Shown: positions 54,647-63,551 of the stretch, piece by piece
Layout: each line of letters starts with the position of its first letter
Position numbering within the stretch: position 1 is the first letter of the stretch
Origin: Candidatus Woesebacteria bacterium RIFCSPHIGHO2_02_FULL_42_20
Lineage (GTDB): Bacteria; Patescibacteriota; Microgenomatia; UBA8517
Length of the DNA stretch: 64,000 nt
Assembly (NCBI GenBank): GCA_001792535.1
Contig: MGGS01000013.1
Coordinates: 64,692 to 128,691 of the forward strand
Direction: 5' to 3'
Notes under the pieces: model-generated
What the model was told of the DNA's origin: nothing
The model's input: only the letters and a program-made list of their open reading frames with translations
Database searches by the model: none
Translations under genes and position numbers: made by a program

Positions 54647-55048
54647 CTATTCCAGCTCAAACCATAATGGACTCTTTTTTGGATTACCGTTGTAGTAATT
54701 AACTGTTATCTCATCATCTTTCTTAATATTTTTTAAAGCAACAAAATCAATTATCATATCTTTTTGTTTTATCTTGAATCTTGCGTTTCGTTTATATGTA
54801 TGGTTATATATTGATCCAAAACCCAAGGCAATTGCTGATCGTTCCTTATTTCTGCCAAAATAAAAGAAATAAGTAACAAGAATACTCTCTCTTAAATTAG
54901 ATGTGTCGTATTTTGGAACTTCAATAACAGGGCATCTTTCAATAATTTCGTCTTTTTTAATATCATGCCTGGCAAAAACACCTCGGCCTGCATTATGAAT
55001 TTTTGATTTACTAATATACACATTGTCAGAAGCGGGAAAATTTTTCAT
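54647..55048 (-). CDS. SET-domain protein (putative protein-lysine methyltransferase)
   Basis: NAGRGVFARHDIKKDEIIERCP (GxG/SET-N), GSIYNHTYKRNARF (NHxxxPN-like) and DEITVNY (ELxxDY) motifs. The start is set at the internal ATG 55048, because the ORF-track N-terminal extension would run through the tRNA-Gln gene. A TTGTTATAAT box lies 6 nt upstream of the ATG. Confidence 0.65.
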   Translation of the reverse strand: MKNFPASDNVYISKSKIHNAGRGVFARHDIKKDEIIERCPVIEVPKYDTSNLRESILVTYFFYFGRNKERSAIALGFGSIYNHTYKRNARFKIKQKDMIIDFVALKNIKKDDEITVNYYNGNPKKSPLWFELE

Positions 55049-55090
55049 GATGTGATTATAACAAAGTTGATGTTGTCTTTGAGAAGAGAG

Positions 55091-55161
55091 CTGCCCAGCC
55101 ACGATTCGAACGTGGATTAGATGGTTCAGAGCCATCTGGCCTACCGTTAGCCGACCGGGCA
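55091..55161 (-). tRNA. tRNA-Gln (anticodon CUG)
   Basis: 71-nt cloverleaf folded by hand. The acceptor stem is TGCCCGG/CTGGGCA with a U1:A72 pair and discriminator G73, a hallmark of bacterial tRNA-Gln. D-arm GGCT/GGCC, anticodon stem GATGG/CCATC with loop CTCTGAA (U33, CUG, A37), and T-arm CCACG-TTCGAAT-CGTGG. No CCA is encoded. Confidence 0.85.
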
Positions 55162-55199
55162 ATAATGCCTTTGCAAGTATATCAAAATTATGGCCGGAA

Positions 55200-55859
55200 T
55201 CACACGATGGAGATTGAAGCTTCTTGTTCAAGGACTTGTAAACTTCCCACGACAATTTTCTTATGCGAGCGGGCTATAACTTTCTTTCTTGCCAATTTCT
55301 CCATGGCAAGACTTACGGTTTCTCTGGTAATCCCCGCTAAGTCCGCGATATCCTGGTGGGTGAGTGAAAGATCGATTAAAACGCTGCCATCTTTAAAACG
55401 CTTGCCAAACCTTTTTGCAGAAATAAGAATAGCCGAGGCAACTCTGTTATACGAACTTCCGTAAAGGAGTTGCGAAACATTGGTAAGCAGGCCATCCAAC
55501 CCTACCAGAATGCGTTTTGTCAGATCAAATAATACGCTTGGATCTTCTTTTACAAACCTTAGCACTTTTTCTTTCGGGACACGGTAAATATTAGCGGTGG
55601 ATATTGTCTGGTAGAAATAGGTATTTTTAGCCTCACCCAAGGCCCACATCATTGGAAAAAATGACCCGTGTTTGAATATATTTAACGTAAGCTCCGAACC
55701 ATTTTTGAAAATTGAATTCATTTTTACATACCCTTTGCTCAAATAGTAAACGCCATTGGGTTCATCCCCGGCGTTAATTAAGATTTCTCCACGCTTACAT
55801 TTCAAAAAGGTGCCGTGTGAGAAGAAATCTGAAATTTTTCTATCAATAACTTTCCCCAT
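55200..55859 (-). CDS. Crp/Fnr-family transcriptional regulator
   Basis: N-terminal cNMP-binding beta-roll and C-terminal HTH …HQDIADLAGITRETVSLAMEKL…. Confidence 0.8.
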   Translation of the reverse strand: MGKVIDRKISDFFSHGTFLKCKRGEILINAGDEPNGVYYLSKGYVKMNSIFKNGSELTLNIFKHGSFFPMMWALGEAKNTYFYQTISTANIYRVPKEKVLRFVKEDPSVLFDLTKRILVGLDGLLTNVSQLLYGSSYNRVASAILISAKRFGKRFKDGSVLIDLSLTHQDIADLAGITRETVSLAMEKLARKKVIARSHKKIVVGSLQVLEQEASISIV

Positions 55860-55928
55860 TGTTGTTAGAATTCTTACAGAATTAAACCCTTAGGTATTCT
55901 AAAATGCTTATTCTGTTTCCGAAAGGGG

Positions 55929-56321
55929 GTGATTAAAATGATTAAAGGAATTGAGAGCGTGACGTTGTTTAGCGAAAACGCTAAAAAGTTGGCTGATTTT
56001 TATAGCAAGAAAGTCGGTTTAAAAGTATCGATGGAAGCCGAGATGGGTGACAAAGGCGAAAAACTTTTTGGATTTGAGTTTGCAAGTAGCAGTGGCTTCT
56101 ACGTCGTTGACCACTCAAGAGTCAGGGGTAAAAACAAAAATCCGGAAAGAATGATTGTCAACTTTGAGGTCGATGATATTAAAAAAGAAGTTAAAAAACT
56201 TTACAAGGCAAAGGTCAAAAAGATTCAAGAGATTTACCATATAGAGAGTTATGGCTGGATCGCCACTTTTGAAGATGTTGATGGAAATTATTTCCAGCTA
56301 GTTCAAATAAGACCCAGTTAG
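55929..56321 (+). CDS. VOC (glyoxalase/bleomycin-resistance) family protein
   Basis: 130-aa beta-alpha-beta-beta-beta modules, with …IATFEDVDGNYFQLVQ… typical of VOC proteins. Confidence 0.65.
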   Translation: MIKMIKGIESVTLFSENAKKLADFYSKKVGLKVSMEAEMGDKGEKLFGFEFASSSGFYVVDHSRVRGKNKNPERMIVNFEVDDIKKEVKKLYKAKVKKIQEIYHIESYGWIATFEDVDGNYFQLVQIRPS

Positions 56322-56397
56322 TAATTCGCTCGGGGAAGTTGGTGTGGGGGTGGGCGTGAATGAATAAGTAAAATAAATAAACTGTAATTTCAGTATA

Positions 56398-56934
56398 TTA
56401 CCAAAAAGGTACGCTTTCAACAGAGGTTGAGTTGTCTACTATCTCAATATTTAATATTTTCGCTTCCTCGGTTAAATATTCTTGAATCATTCTTGCTGAC
56501 TTAAATTCGCTACTTTTTAAATCTAGAAGTCTATCTACATGATAAAGGAATTGTATTCGGTGTCTTTTTTCATTAGCGGTGGTTAGCAGAATAGGCCTAC
56601 CTAATCGTTTTAATGAATATGGATCCAAGAATGCGCCTTCGAAAATTGCGGCTGTATACTTTTTAGCCTCGTCTGCTACTGCTTTTCTTAAAGCTAATCT
56701 AACTGCAATTAACCCCTTAATGGTGTTTTCTTTATTTAGGCCGCCGAATTTACAATATGCTTTGCAGGTTCCCAAATAAAGAAACGGGAACCGGTCTTTT
56801 GTTTTTCCTTTCCTTGCCTTTCTTTTTATTCTGTCCATTTCTACAACGGGCATGTTAAAGTTTTTCCCAAAGATTTTTGATAAACGTGTTTTACCAACTC
56901 CCGGGACGCCGTATATAAATATCCTTTCAGTCAT
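56398..56934 (-). CDS. P-loop NTPase/kinase-like protein
   Basis: Walker A IYGVPGVGKT at the N-terminus. 178 aa. The subfamily is unclear. Confidence 0.45.
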   Translation of the reverse strand: MTERIFIYGVPGVGKTRLSKIFGKNFNMPVVEMDRIKRKARKGKTKDRFPFLYLGTCKAYCKFGGLNKENTIKGLIAVRLALRKAVADEAKKYTAAIFEGAFLDPYSLKRLGRPILLTTANEKRHRIQFLYHVDRLLDLKSSEFKSARMIQEYLTEEAKILNIEIVDNSTSVESVPFW

Positions 56935-56960
56935 AGTTGAATTATATTAGAATTTAATAC

Positions 56961-57602
56961 GTGGTGCAGAAAATTACAGGGCCGGTATTGATGGTGGGAG
57001 TATATTTCGCTTTTGTTATTGCTGGCTATATACTTTACGACTCCGGGGAGCTTGATGGCTTAGTTGTTTGGGCAAGACAGAATTTGGTTGTCTATTTTAT
57101 CTTTCTGGTGGCCGTAAAAACGATGGGTTTGATTTTCCCGCCGATTCCGGGTGGGCTTGTTACATGGGGATCTATTGTAATAATCGGTTGGCAGATGGCA
57201 TTTGCGGCTGATTTCATCGGAGCAATGATTGGTGCCATAGCAAACTACTACATGGGTAAAAAATGGGGAGTGACTATTGTTAAGAAAATTTTCGGAGACA
57301 CAATATCAAATAAGATATCAAAGTTAAAAATTAGAAAGGGAAGGGAGGTTGAGTCCGTGGCCGTTTTTAAAATTGCCGGCGGTGGAACTATTGTAGAGGC
57401 GATATCTTTTTTTGCAGGAATTATTGATCTAAACCTAAAACAGTTTCTGGCCGGAAGCGCAATCGCAAGCTTGGTAATCGGGTTGCCGACTTACATCCTG
57501 ACAGACAACTTACTGAGTTCCAGAAATATAGCTTTGAACCTGGCCGCAATTGTTGCCGGGTTTCTTGTTTTATATAAAGTGAAAGGACGGTATTTTGAAT
57601 AG
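56961..57602 (+). CDS. hypothetical polytopic membrane protein
   Basis: 213 aa with about 5 TM helices. Possibly of the VTT/DedA-related superfamily. Confidence 0.35.
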   Translation: MVQKITGPVLMVGVYFAFVIAGYILYDSGELDGLVVWARQNLVVYFIFLVAVKTMGLIFPPIPGGLVTWGSIVIIGWQMAFAADFIGAMIGAIANYYMGKKWGVTIVKKIFGDTISNKISKLKIRKGREVESVAVFKIAGGGTIVEAISFFAGIIDLNLKQFLAGSAIASLVIGLPTYILTDNLLSSRNIALNLAAIVAGFLVLYKVKGRYFE

Positions 57603-57840
57603 TTACCGAAATCAGATTTACACACGATATATAACTATCTAAATGAAGCCCGCTTGGTTCGAAGGTTATATTGGCTTTGATTGAATGCAAAAAGCAAATA
57701 TCGATTTATCAGGACTGGACTTGGTGGAACTGAGGAATACACTAAAGAGTATAGGGGTGGTACGTTTTACTTCTGAAAAAGGTTATCATAAAACACAACC
57801 CTAGGTGAAAAACCTAAATGACGGGAGTTAGGTCCTCAGC

Positions 57841-59046
57841 TTATTTTTTGACGAATAAAATCGCGTTGGGCAAGTCGCGGCCGGGGCCGACTTTGTAACC
57901 GCCGGACCAAAGGGCGGTCGACCCACCGTCGTCTAAATTAAGCGCATTTTCCATTCCCAATACTTTCATAACACGGGCGCTCTCGGCGACTGTGGCACTG
58001 TGAACAACGCCTATATAAATAGTATTACCCTTATTGGCCACGAAACTTCGTGAACCCTTACTTCCCTTTTTAGGGTCATCGTCCCCGCCAAATGTGACAT
58101 TCCCTCCTGAGACTAAAAGCGGATAATTGGACAAGACCCCGTCGACACCCGTGTCCCGGCCCCACTGGCTTGCGCCTGACACAAACCTGACGTATCCACC
58201 CCCGAAAATTACCGCGGGATTATTGCTGTAGACATTGTTTGCTGAATTAAAGTAATACTTATTCTTATTCATAACGAGTAGGTCGAAGGTATTGGTTTTG
58301 CCGGCGCATGACGGATAGCTTGCCGGACAAAAATATGTTCCGTTGACTCCGGCAAATGCACCGTTGCGCGAGACATATGTTGCCAGCGGGAGTACAGGGC
58401 AGTTGTCCGGGCAATCGGAGTCCGACGCAGTATCGACGACCACTCTGGTAGAGCCGATATCTGTTGCGATAAGAGATACCATAAAAGTTCCAGCATCGGT
58501 TGAAACTTGCTGGCGGCTATATCCGGCACCCGGTGGGCTATTATTTTCGGGAACATTTGCAGGTATTGTGAAACTGGCCGCAATTTTTGCGTTTTCATCG
58601 CTTATACTTTTAGTCAAGTCGGAAAGTTTTTTATCCGCGTCGTTATAATTTTGCTTAGAAAGAAGGGCTAAGACTTCTGAGAAATCTTTATCCATGTCCG
58701 TTGTCTTGGTTGTTTTAGCCTTGAGGTCAAGCAAATCTTCGTAGACCGAAACCGCTTTTTTGTAAGTAGTTTCTATACTAGTTATTTTCGACTCAAGGTC
58801 TTTGTTTATCTTTATTTGATCCTGGTTTTTCAAATTCTCCAGTTCCTTGCCGATTTTTTCCAATTCGACCAGATTTTGATCCTTTTGATTAGTAAGATTT
58901 TGAATAATGTTTTGTAGGGATGCTATTTTAGTGTTTGAGAGGGAGTAACCCGCGACGACGAAAACTACCAAAACAATTATTATCGGCAAGTGTTTATCGG
59001 GCTTGATGCTTTTACGAAGATTTAGCCCGGGCAGTTTTATTTTCAT
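57841..59046 (-). CDS. phosphodiester glycosidase family protein (DUF2233/NAGPA-like), membrane-anchored
   Basis: N-terminal TM helix plus coiled-coil, and a C-terminal …ALNLDDGGSTALWSGG… signature of DUF2233. Confidence 0.55.
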   Translation of the reverse strand: MKIKLPGLNLRKSIKPDKHLPIIIVLVVFVVAGYSLSNTKIASLQNIIQNLTNQKDQNLVELEKIGKELENLKNQDQIKINKDLESKITSIETTYKKAVSVYEDLLDLKAKTTKTTDMDKDFSEVLALLSKQNYNDADKKLSDLTKSISDENAKIAASFTIPANVPENNSPPGAGYSRQQVSTDAGTFMVSLIATDIGSTRVVVDTASDSDCPDNCPVLPLATYVSRNGAFAGVNGTYFCPASYPSCAGKTNTFDLLVMNKNKYYFNSANNVYSNNPAVIFGGGYVRFVSGASQWGRDTGVDGVLSNYPLLVSGGNVTFGGDDDPKKGSKGSRSFVANKGNTIYIGVVHSATVAESARVMKVLGMENALNLDDGGSTALWSGGYKVGPGRDLPNAILFVKK

Positions 59047-59115
59047 TGTCTAACTTTATCAAAGTGGAGTTGTGCAGGTCAATTAAGGTATGCTAGACTT
59101 TTTTAACCACTTATT

Positions 59116-60441
59116 ATGAACGATAATTCACAGACTAGTCAGACCTCTTCCCAGGAACCGGCGGTTGCAGCGGGGCCTCCGCCTGCGGGTGATCCTAATT
59201 TGGAAAATTTGTCCAAAGGTGTCCCTCCGGATATGAAGCTTGATCAGGTTCCCCCGGATTTGCAGGAAAGCCCACAAGTTGTCCAGACGACTACCTCCAC
59301 GGATGAACTGATCCCTGAGCGCCAGGAACTTAGAAAAAGCAAAAAAGGTCTAAAGCTTTTCTTAGCCCTCCTTCTATTGTTTTTGCTGGTTTTTGGTATT
59401 GGAGGGGGGGTGTTTTACGCTGTTGCCTATGAAAAGATAGACATAGGGAACAAAGATCTGCAAAGGTCAGTTGCATATTTTGTGCAAGATTTACCTTTTA
59501 CTCCCAAAACTCCTAAATACGTTTTAGAAAAGGCGTATTTGGTACAAAAAGATGTTCAGTCGGTAAGCTTTGACGCATCGGTAGCTTTAAGCTCCGGTAG
59601 TTTATCTATACTTGGCCTTGGGAATTTCGATATGCAGTTTGTGGGGGATATTGATTATCTTGATCTGGAAAATCTGAAGGCAAAAATGAATGTCTCCGTG
59701 GTTAAAGAATTTGATATGGATATTGTGACTGTTGGCGACAAAGCATATTTGCGTGTGAATAAAGTTCCGTCTTTGGTTTTGAGTTTTGTTGGAATTTCAA
59801 GTGACAAAATCAGCCCCTTTTTGGGTACGTGGGTGGCTTTGGAGCAGGAAGACTTGTATGGTTCCGGCACGGTCCAAAATCCGACTCCGTCATCTGGCAT
59901 GACCGGGGACGAGTTGGCAAAAAGCCTTGAGTTGGCGCTTGAAGAAAAGGTGCTGGCAGCGATGGAAATGACAGAAGAACTACTTGACGGCAAGAAGTCA
60001 TACAAGTTTCATTTTTCGCCAAGCGCCGATTTGCTTGATTACATTATGAAAAGGGCAGGCGATATCAATAACCAGGACAGTAGTTACTCGGGTGATTATA
60101 AGGCCTCCGATTACTATAAAGATTTGAGCCTTGATGTTTGGGTTGATGCAAACACCTATTATACGACCAAAGTATCTGTTTCGATTGTTTTGGATAGCGG
60201 ATCTAGCCTCCCGGGTGGTAGTGCATTTTTAGACGACCCGCTTTCAATGCTAGGTTCATCCCAACAATTTGACATCGCCTTTGTTATGAAGTTAAGCAAT
60301 CACGGCAACGTTCCTGAAATAGTTGCACCGGCGGATGCAAAGTCTGTAGAACAATTTAGCAAAGAGCTTGAGGCCGCATTTATGAGTGAACTCGGCTCTA
60401 TCGGTGTTGACGAGTTTGGTAACGATTTTCTTTCAATCTGA
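59116..60441 (+). CDS. hypothetical membrane-anchored exported protein with Pro/Gln-rich N-terminus
   Basis: 441 aa. Low-complexity N-terminal ~70 aa, one TM helix and a large extracytoplasmic domain with no recognised motif. Confidence 0.4.
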   Translation: MNDNSQTSQTSSQEPAVAAGPPPAGDPNLENLSKGVPPDMKLDQVPPDLQESPQVVQTTTSTDELIPERQELRKSKKGLKLFLALLLLFLLVFGIGGGVFYAVAYEKIDIGNKDLQRSVAYFVQDLPFTPKTPKYVLEKAYLVQKDVQSVSFDASVALSSGSLSILGLGNFDMQFVGDIDYLDLENLKAKMNVSVVKEFDMDIVTVGDKAYLRVNKVPSLVLSFVGISSDKISPFLGTWVALEQEDLYGSGTVQNPTPSSGMTGDELAKSLELALEEKVLAAMEMTEELLDGKKSYKFHFSPSADLLDYIMKRAGDINNQDSSYSGDYKASDYYKDLSLDVWVDANTYYTTKVSVSIVLDSGSSLPGGSAFLDDPLSMLGSSQQFDIAFVMKLSNHGNVPEIVAPADAKSVEQFSKELEAAFMSELGSIGVDEFGNDFLSI

Positions 60442-60477
60442 AGTAAACTTCCTGTTTTTATTGTTATAATTGTCTTA

Positions 60478-60786
60478 ATGGATTCAAATTACGGCGGTGT
60501 TGTTTGGACAAAGCACGTACTACAAAGGTTGGCGGAGCGGGGGATGAAGCAAGGTGATGTTTGGGCTACATGGAGCCGGCCCCAAAACAACCGGTTTTCG
60601 CAGGTGCGAGGTGGATGGGTTTTTGACAGAATTTGGGGAAATCAAAAAATCGAAGTCGTAGCCAAAAAAAATGCTAAGGACAGGTGGGTAATTCTTTCCG
60701 CTTGGTCCAAACCGGTTCATAAAAAGCAACAAAAACAAAACATTCCGGTTTTGTTTAATTTCGTTAAAAAGCTATTTCGCAAATGA
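60478..60786 (+). CDS. DUF4258-family protein (second copy)
   Basis: …VWTKHVLQRLAERGMKQGDV… parallels the YTKHAEGKLERL block of 1925..2197. Confidence 0.5.
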   Translation: MDSNYGGVVWTKHVLQRLAERGMKQGDVWATWSRPQNNRFSQVRGGWVFDRIWGNQKIEVVAKKNAKDRWVILSAWSKPVHKKQQKQNIPVLFNFVKKLFRK

Positions 60787-61193
60787 AGCATAAAGAAGAA
60801 AATCTGGCTAAAATACTTAAAGACTTTAATACAAGATTAGTGGGAGATGAGGAAACTAAAAAAATTATTTGCGCAACCCTACTTGTATTTCCAAAAGAAG
60901 TGATCGATTTCGTTGTAAAAAATGTCTGGTTCGTGTCCGCTTTTGATGACGCTTGGTCGTTTACACTGGACTCGGAAGAATTATGCGGAAGGACAATAGT
61001 CTTTTTGAGCGACGATTTACTTCGTCAGAGTAAGGACAGGGTTACTTATTCCGTTGCCCATGAAATTGCCCATATAATGCTCGGCCACAAAAATCCATAT
61101 AATGCAAAGTTGCCTCAAACAACCGAAAAGAAGTTTGAAACGGGGGCGGACGAGTTTGCGAAGTATTATTTGGATTTATCTAAAATTAGTTGA
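60783..61193 (+). CDS. ImmA/IrrE-like HExxH metallopeptidase-domain protein
   Basis: HEIAHIMLGH zinc-binding motif. Overlaps the upstream DUF4258 gene by 4 nt (ATGA). Confidence 0.5.
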   Translation: MKHKEENLAKILKDFNTRLVGDEETKKIICATLLVFPKEVIDFVVKNVWFVSAFDDAWSFTLDSEELCGRTIVFLSDDLLRQSKDRVTYSVAHEIAHIMLGHKNPYNAKLPQTTEKKFETGADEFAKYYLDLSKIS

Positions 61194-62310
61194 CTTGCGC
61201 AATTAATTCTTTTTCTTTGTCGCCAATTATTTCAGAGATGTTTTTTGTCGATTTTGTCAAAACGCTATTTTTTAAACTGCTAAAGTTGTCCAAGATGCCG
61301 GTGTTTTTGATCGGTTGACCTTTTGTTTTAGGTAAATTTGATATCAGGTCAAAAAACTTAAAGTAGTCTCCTGAAGCAGGATTTTTGAATGAAAAACCAT
61401 TAAATGGTTCTTGCAGGTAATCCAGGACAAATGGTGTAACGGCGACAAGGTTACTTTTGTTCCACACTTTAGTGAACGCGGTCAAATAATTTGATACGAT
61501 AGTTTCTTCGCTGTTTGAATTTGTCGACCAGCCTGTTTCTGTAATAAAAACCGGTATGTTTTCGTTTATGCCGTAGCTTGCGAGCAACTCAATCTCGCGT
61601 TCCCAGCTTGCGACTGTTCCCAGCCCAGTGTCATATGGACTGCCGGAAAATCCCGGATTTGGATAGGAATGAGAATTCCATCCGTCGATGTAGGAAAGTA
61701 AGTCCGGCATGTAAGAAAACATACCTTCTACAAACTCTTTGAAGCTGGTTGTAGTCTTGGTATTTGTCGAAGATGGGTCAATGGCTGCAGGAAGAATGAA
61801 AAAGTCGTCGGACTTGCTTTTAAAGGTCAGTGAATATGTTTTAAGGATATTTGCGTATTGCTGAGAATTGATGTCGCCTCCCCATTCGGCCGCGTGATTT
61901 GGTTCATTAAAAATAACTACGTATCTATTGCTTATTGGCCAATTTAAGTTATTAAAAAAAACCGCCCAGTTTTCCGCCTCTTGAGGTGTAGGGGCTTTCC
62001 AGTTTGGCCCGTAGATTTTAGTGGCAATTCGCACAATCGGAATAAGTTTAAGGTCGGTGAGCAGGTCAAAAAATTTTTGCCAGCGAAGGCTGTCTCGTTC
62101 GTCTTCGCGAATGACAAAGGTAACATAACCCCACTGTCCGCGGCCCCCGTTAACTAATTTTGCCGCGTCTTCTAAATCGGATTCATCGCTGATGTGGATT
62201 CCAAAATGGTTGTTGTCAAAGTCTGTTGGTACATAGGCCGAATAGACAGAACCCGGCAGTAAAAAAATGAGCAAGATAAGTACTGCAAAAGCTAATAATG
62301 CATTTTTCAT
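61186..62310 (-). CDS. clan GH-A glycoside hydrolase (GH5-like), secreted
   Basis: Signal peptide, catalytic acid/base in NEPN (…VVIFNEPNHAAEWGG…) and nucleophile in TETGW (…FITETGWS…). Confidence 0.65.
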   Translation of the reverse strand: MKNALLAFAVLILLIFLLPGSVYSAYVPTDFDNNHFGIHISDESDLEDAAKLVNGGRGQWGYVTFVIREDERDSLRWQKFFDLLTDLKLIPIVRIATKIYGPNWKAPTPQEAENWAVFFNNLNWPISNRYVVIFNEPNHAAEWGGDINSQQYANILKTYSLTFKSKSDDFFILPAAIDPSSTNTKTTTSFKEFVEGMFSYMPDLLSYIDGWNSHSYPNPGFSGSPYDTGLGTVASWEREIELLASYGINENIPVFITETGWSTNSNSEETIVSNYLTAFTKVWNKSNLVAVTPFVLDYLQEPFNGFSFKNPASGDYFKFFDLISNLPKTKGQPIKNTGILDNFSSLKNSVLTKSTKNISEIIGDKEKELIAQVN

Positions 62311-62359
62311 CGCAAACTATTATACCCAAAATACTTTAGTTTGCATCTAAAATAATATT

Positions 62360-62905
62360 TTGGGGGATCAAAATCACTTGCGAGCTTGCCTGCGCAAGCA
62401 GGGATTGCAAATTCGAGTAAGTGGAGTTTATAGTATTAATATCAAGTGTATGAACAAACAAATTGTAATCGTGATTTTGTTAATAGTTGGTTTAGTGACT
62501 TTTGCATTGATCGGGCTCGGAAAATTTATCGACCTCAATTTAGCTGATCTTGGAGTGTCAGATATCCAAACCAGAAAACTTGCGGCCAGTGACGTGAATA
62601 TTGTGCGGCTGATTAGTTGTCAGAAAGGTAAAATTTCCTTTCTGCCAAGTATCGGCGGGTCAATTGAATTTGATCCGGATACTTTTAGGGCAACCAAAGG
62701 CGAAACCATTTCGATAGTCAACCGTGACAGCCTAGCGCATGAGATTGGTGTGTCCAGTACACACATTATCTTAAATGTTAACCCTGCCGAGTATGTTGAA
62801 ATCGACACAAGTTTGCTTGCGGTTCCTGGTCCTTGGGGTATAACTTGCGACGGGATTAACCTGGGTGACAAGGGGCCGCTACTTTATCTCCTTGAGCCTT
62901 TTTAA
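62360..62905 (+). CDS. hypothetical membrane-anchored protein
   Basis: The probable true start is MNKQIVIV near 62450. One TM helix and a small beta-rich extracytoplasmic domain. Confidence 0.35.
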   Translation: MGDQNHLRACLRKQGLQIRVSGVYSINIKCMNKQIVIVILLIVGLVTFALIGLGKFIDLNLADLGVSDIQTRKLAASDVNIVRLISCQKGKISFLPSIGGSIEFDPDTFRATKGETISIVNRDSLAHEIGVSSTHIILNVNPAEYVEIDTSLLAVPGPWGITCDGINLGDKGPLLYLLEPF

Positions 62906-62907
62906 AA

Positions 62908-63507
62908 ATGTTACTTAATTTTGACATTGTCGAACTGATCAAAACTTGGGGTTACATAGGTTTGTTTTTTATTGTTTTCGCCGAGTCGGGTCTTTTTTTT
63001 GGTTTTTTTCTACCTGGCGATAGCCTGCTTTTCACTGCAGGTTTTTTAGCATCGCAGAATTTTTTGAACATAGTGGTCTTAGTCCCTCTATTGATTATTG
63101 CTGCGATTTCTGGCGATAGTGTCGGCTATTGGATGGGGAGAAGGTTTGGCAACTGGCTGATGAGGCAAAAGGAAACTTTCTTTTTTCAGAAAAAATATAT
63201 GACTCGCGCCCAGGAGTTTTATGATAAACACGGAGGAAAGACGATAGTGATGGCCAGATTCGTTCCGGCAGTTAGGACTTTTGCGCCAGTTGTCGCCGGA
63301 ATGGCTAAGATGCACTACAGGACCTTTTTGAGTTTCAACATTTTTGGCGGAATTTTCTGGTCTGCCGGCATGCTCCTTTTAGGCTACTTTCTGGGTAGTC
63401 TCATTCCTGATATAGATAAATATCTATTGCCGATAGTTGGCGTGATAATTATTGTTTCTGTACTTCCGGGAGTAATTCATTTCATTAAAGAAAGTAAAAA
63501 GAAGTAA
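62908..63507 (+). CDS. DedA-family membrane protein
   Basis: …FAESGLFFGFFLPGDSLLFTAGFLAS… DedA/SNARE-associated signature. Confidence 0.8.
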   Translation: MLLNFDIVELIKTWGYIGLFFIVFAESGLFFGFFLPGDSLLFTAGFLASQNFLNIVVLVPLLIIAAISGDSVGYWMGRRFGNWLMRQKETFFFQKKYMTRAQEFYDKHGGKTIVMARFVPAVRTFAPVVAGMAKMHYRTFLSFNIFGGIFWSAGMLLLGYFLGSLIPDIDKYLLPIVGVIIIVSVLPGVIHFIKESKKK

Positions 63508-63551
63508 TTGACATGCCAAAATTTGTCTGTAGAATTGATTGTTATTAGATA

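Noticed and set aside
54647-55255. Full-length 202-aa version of the SET-domain ORF given in the ORF track
   Set aside because: The N-terminal 68 codons would run through the tRNA-Gln gene (55091-55161). The internal ATG at 55048 has its own TATAAT and gives a normal-sized SET protein.
57603-57840. Possible tRNA remnant (…TTGGTTCGAAGGTTA…) in the intergenic region before 57841
   Set aside because: The T-loop-like GGTTCGAAG lacks a complementary T-stem and no acceptor or anticodon arms can be drawn. This is not a tRNA.
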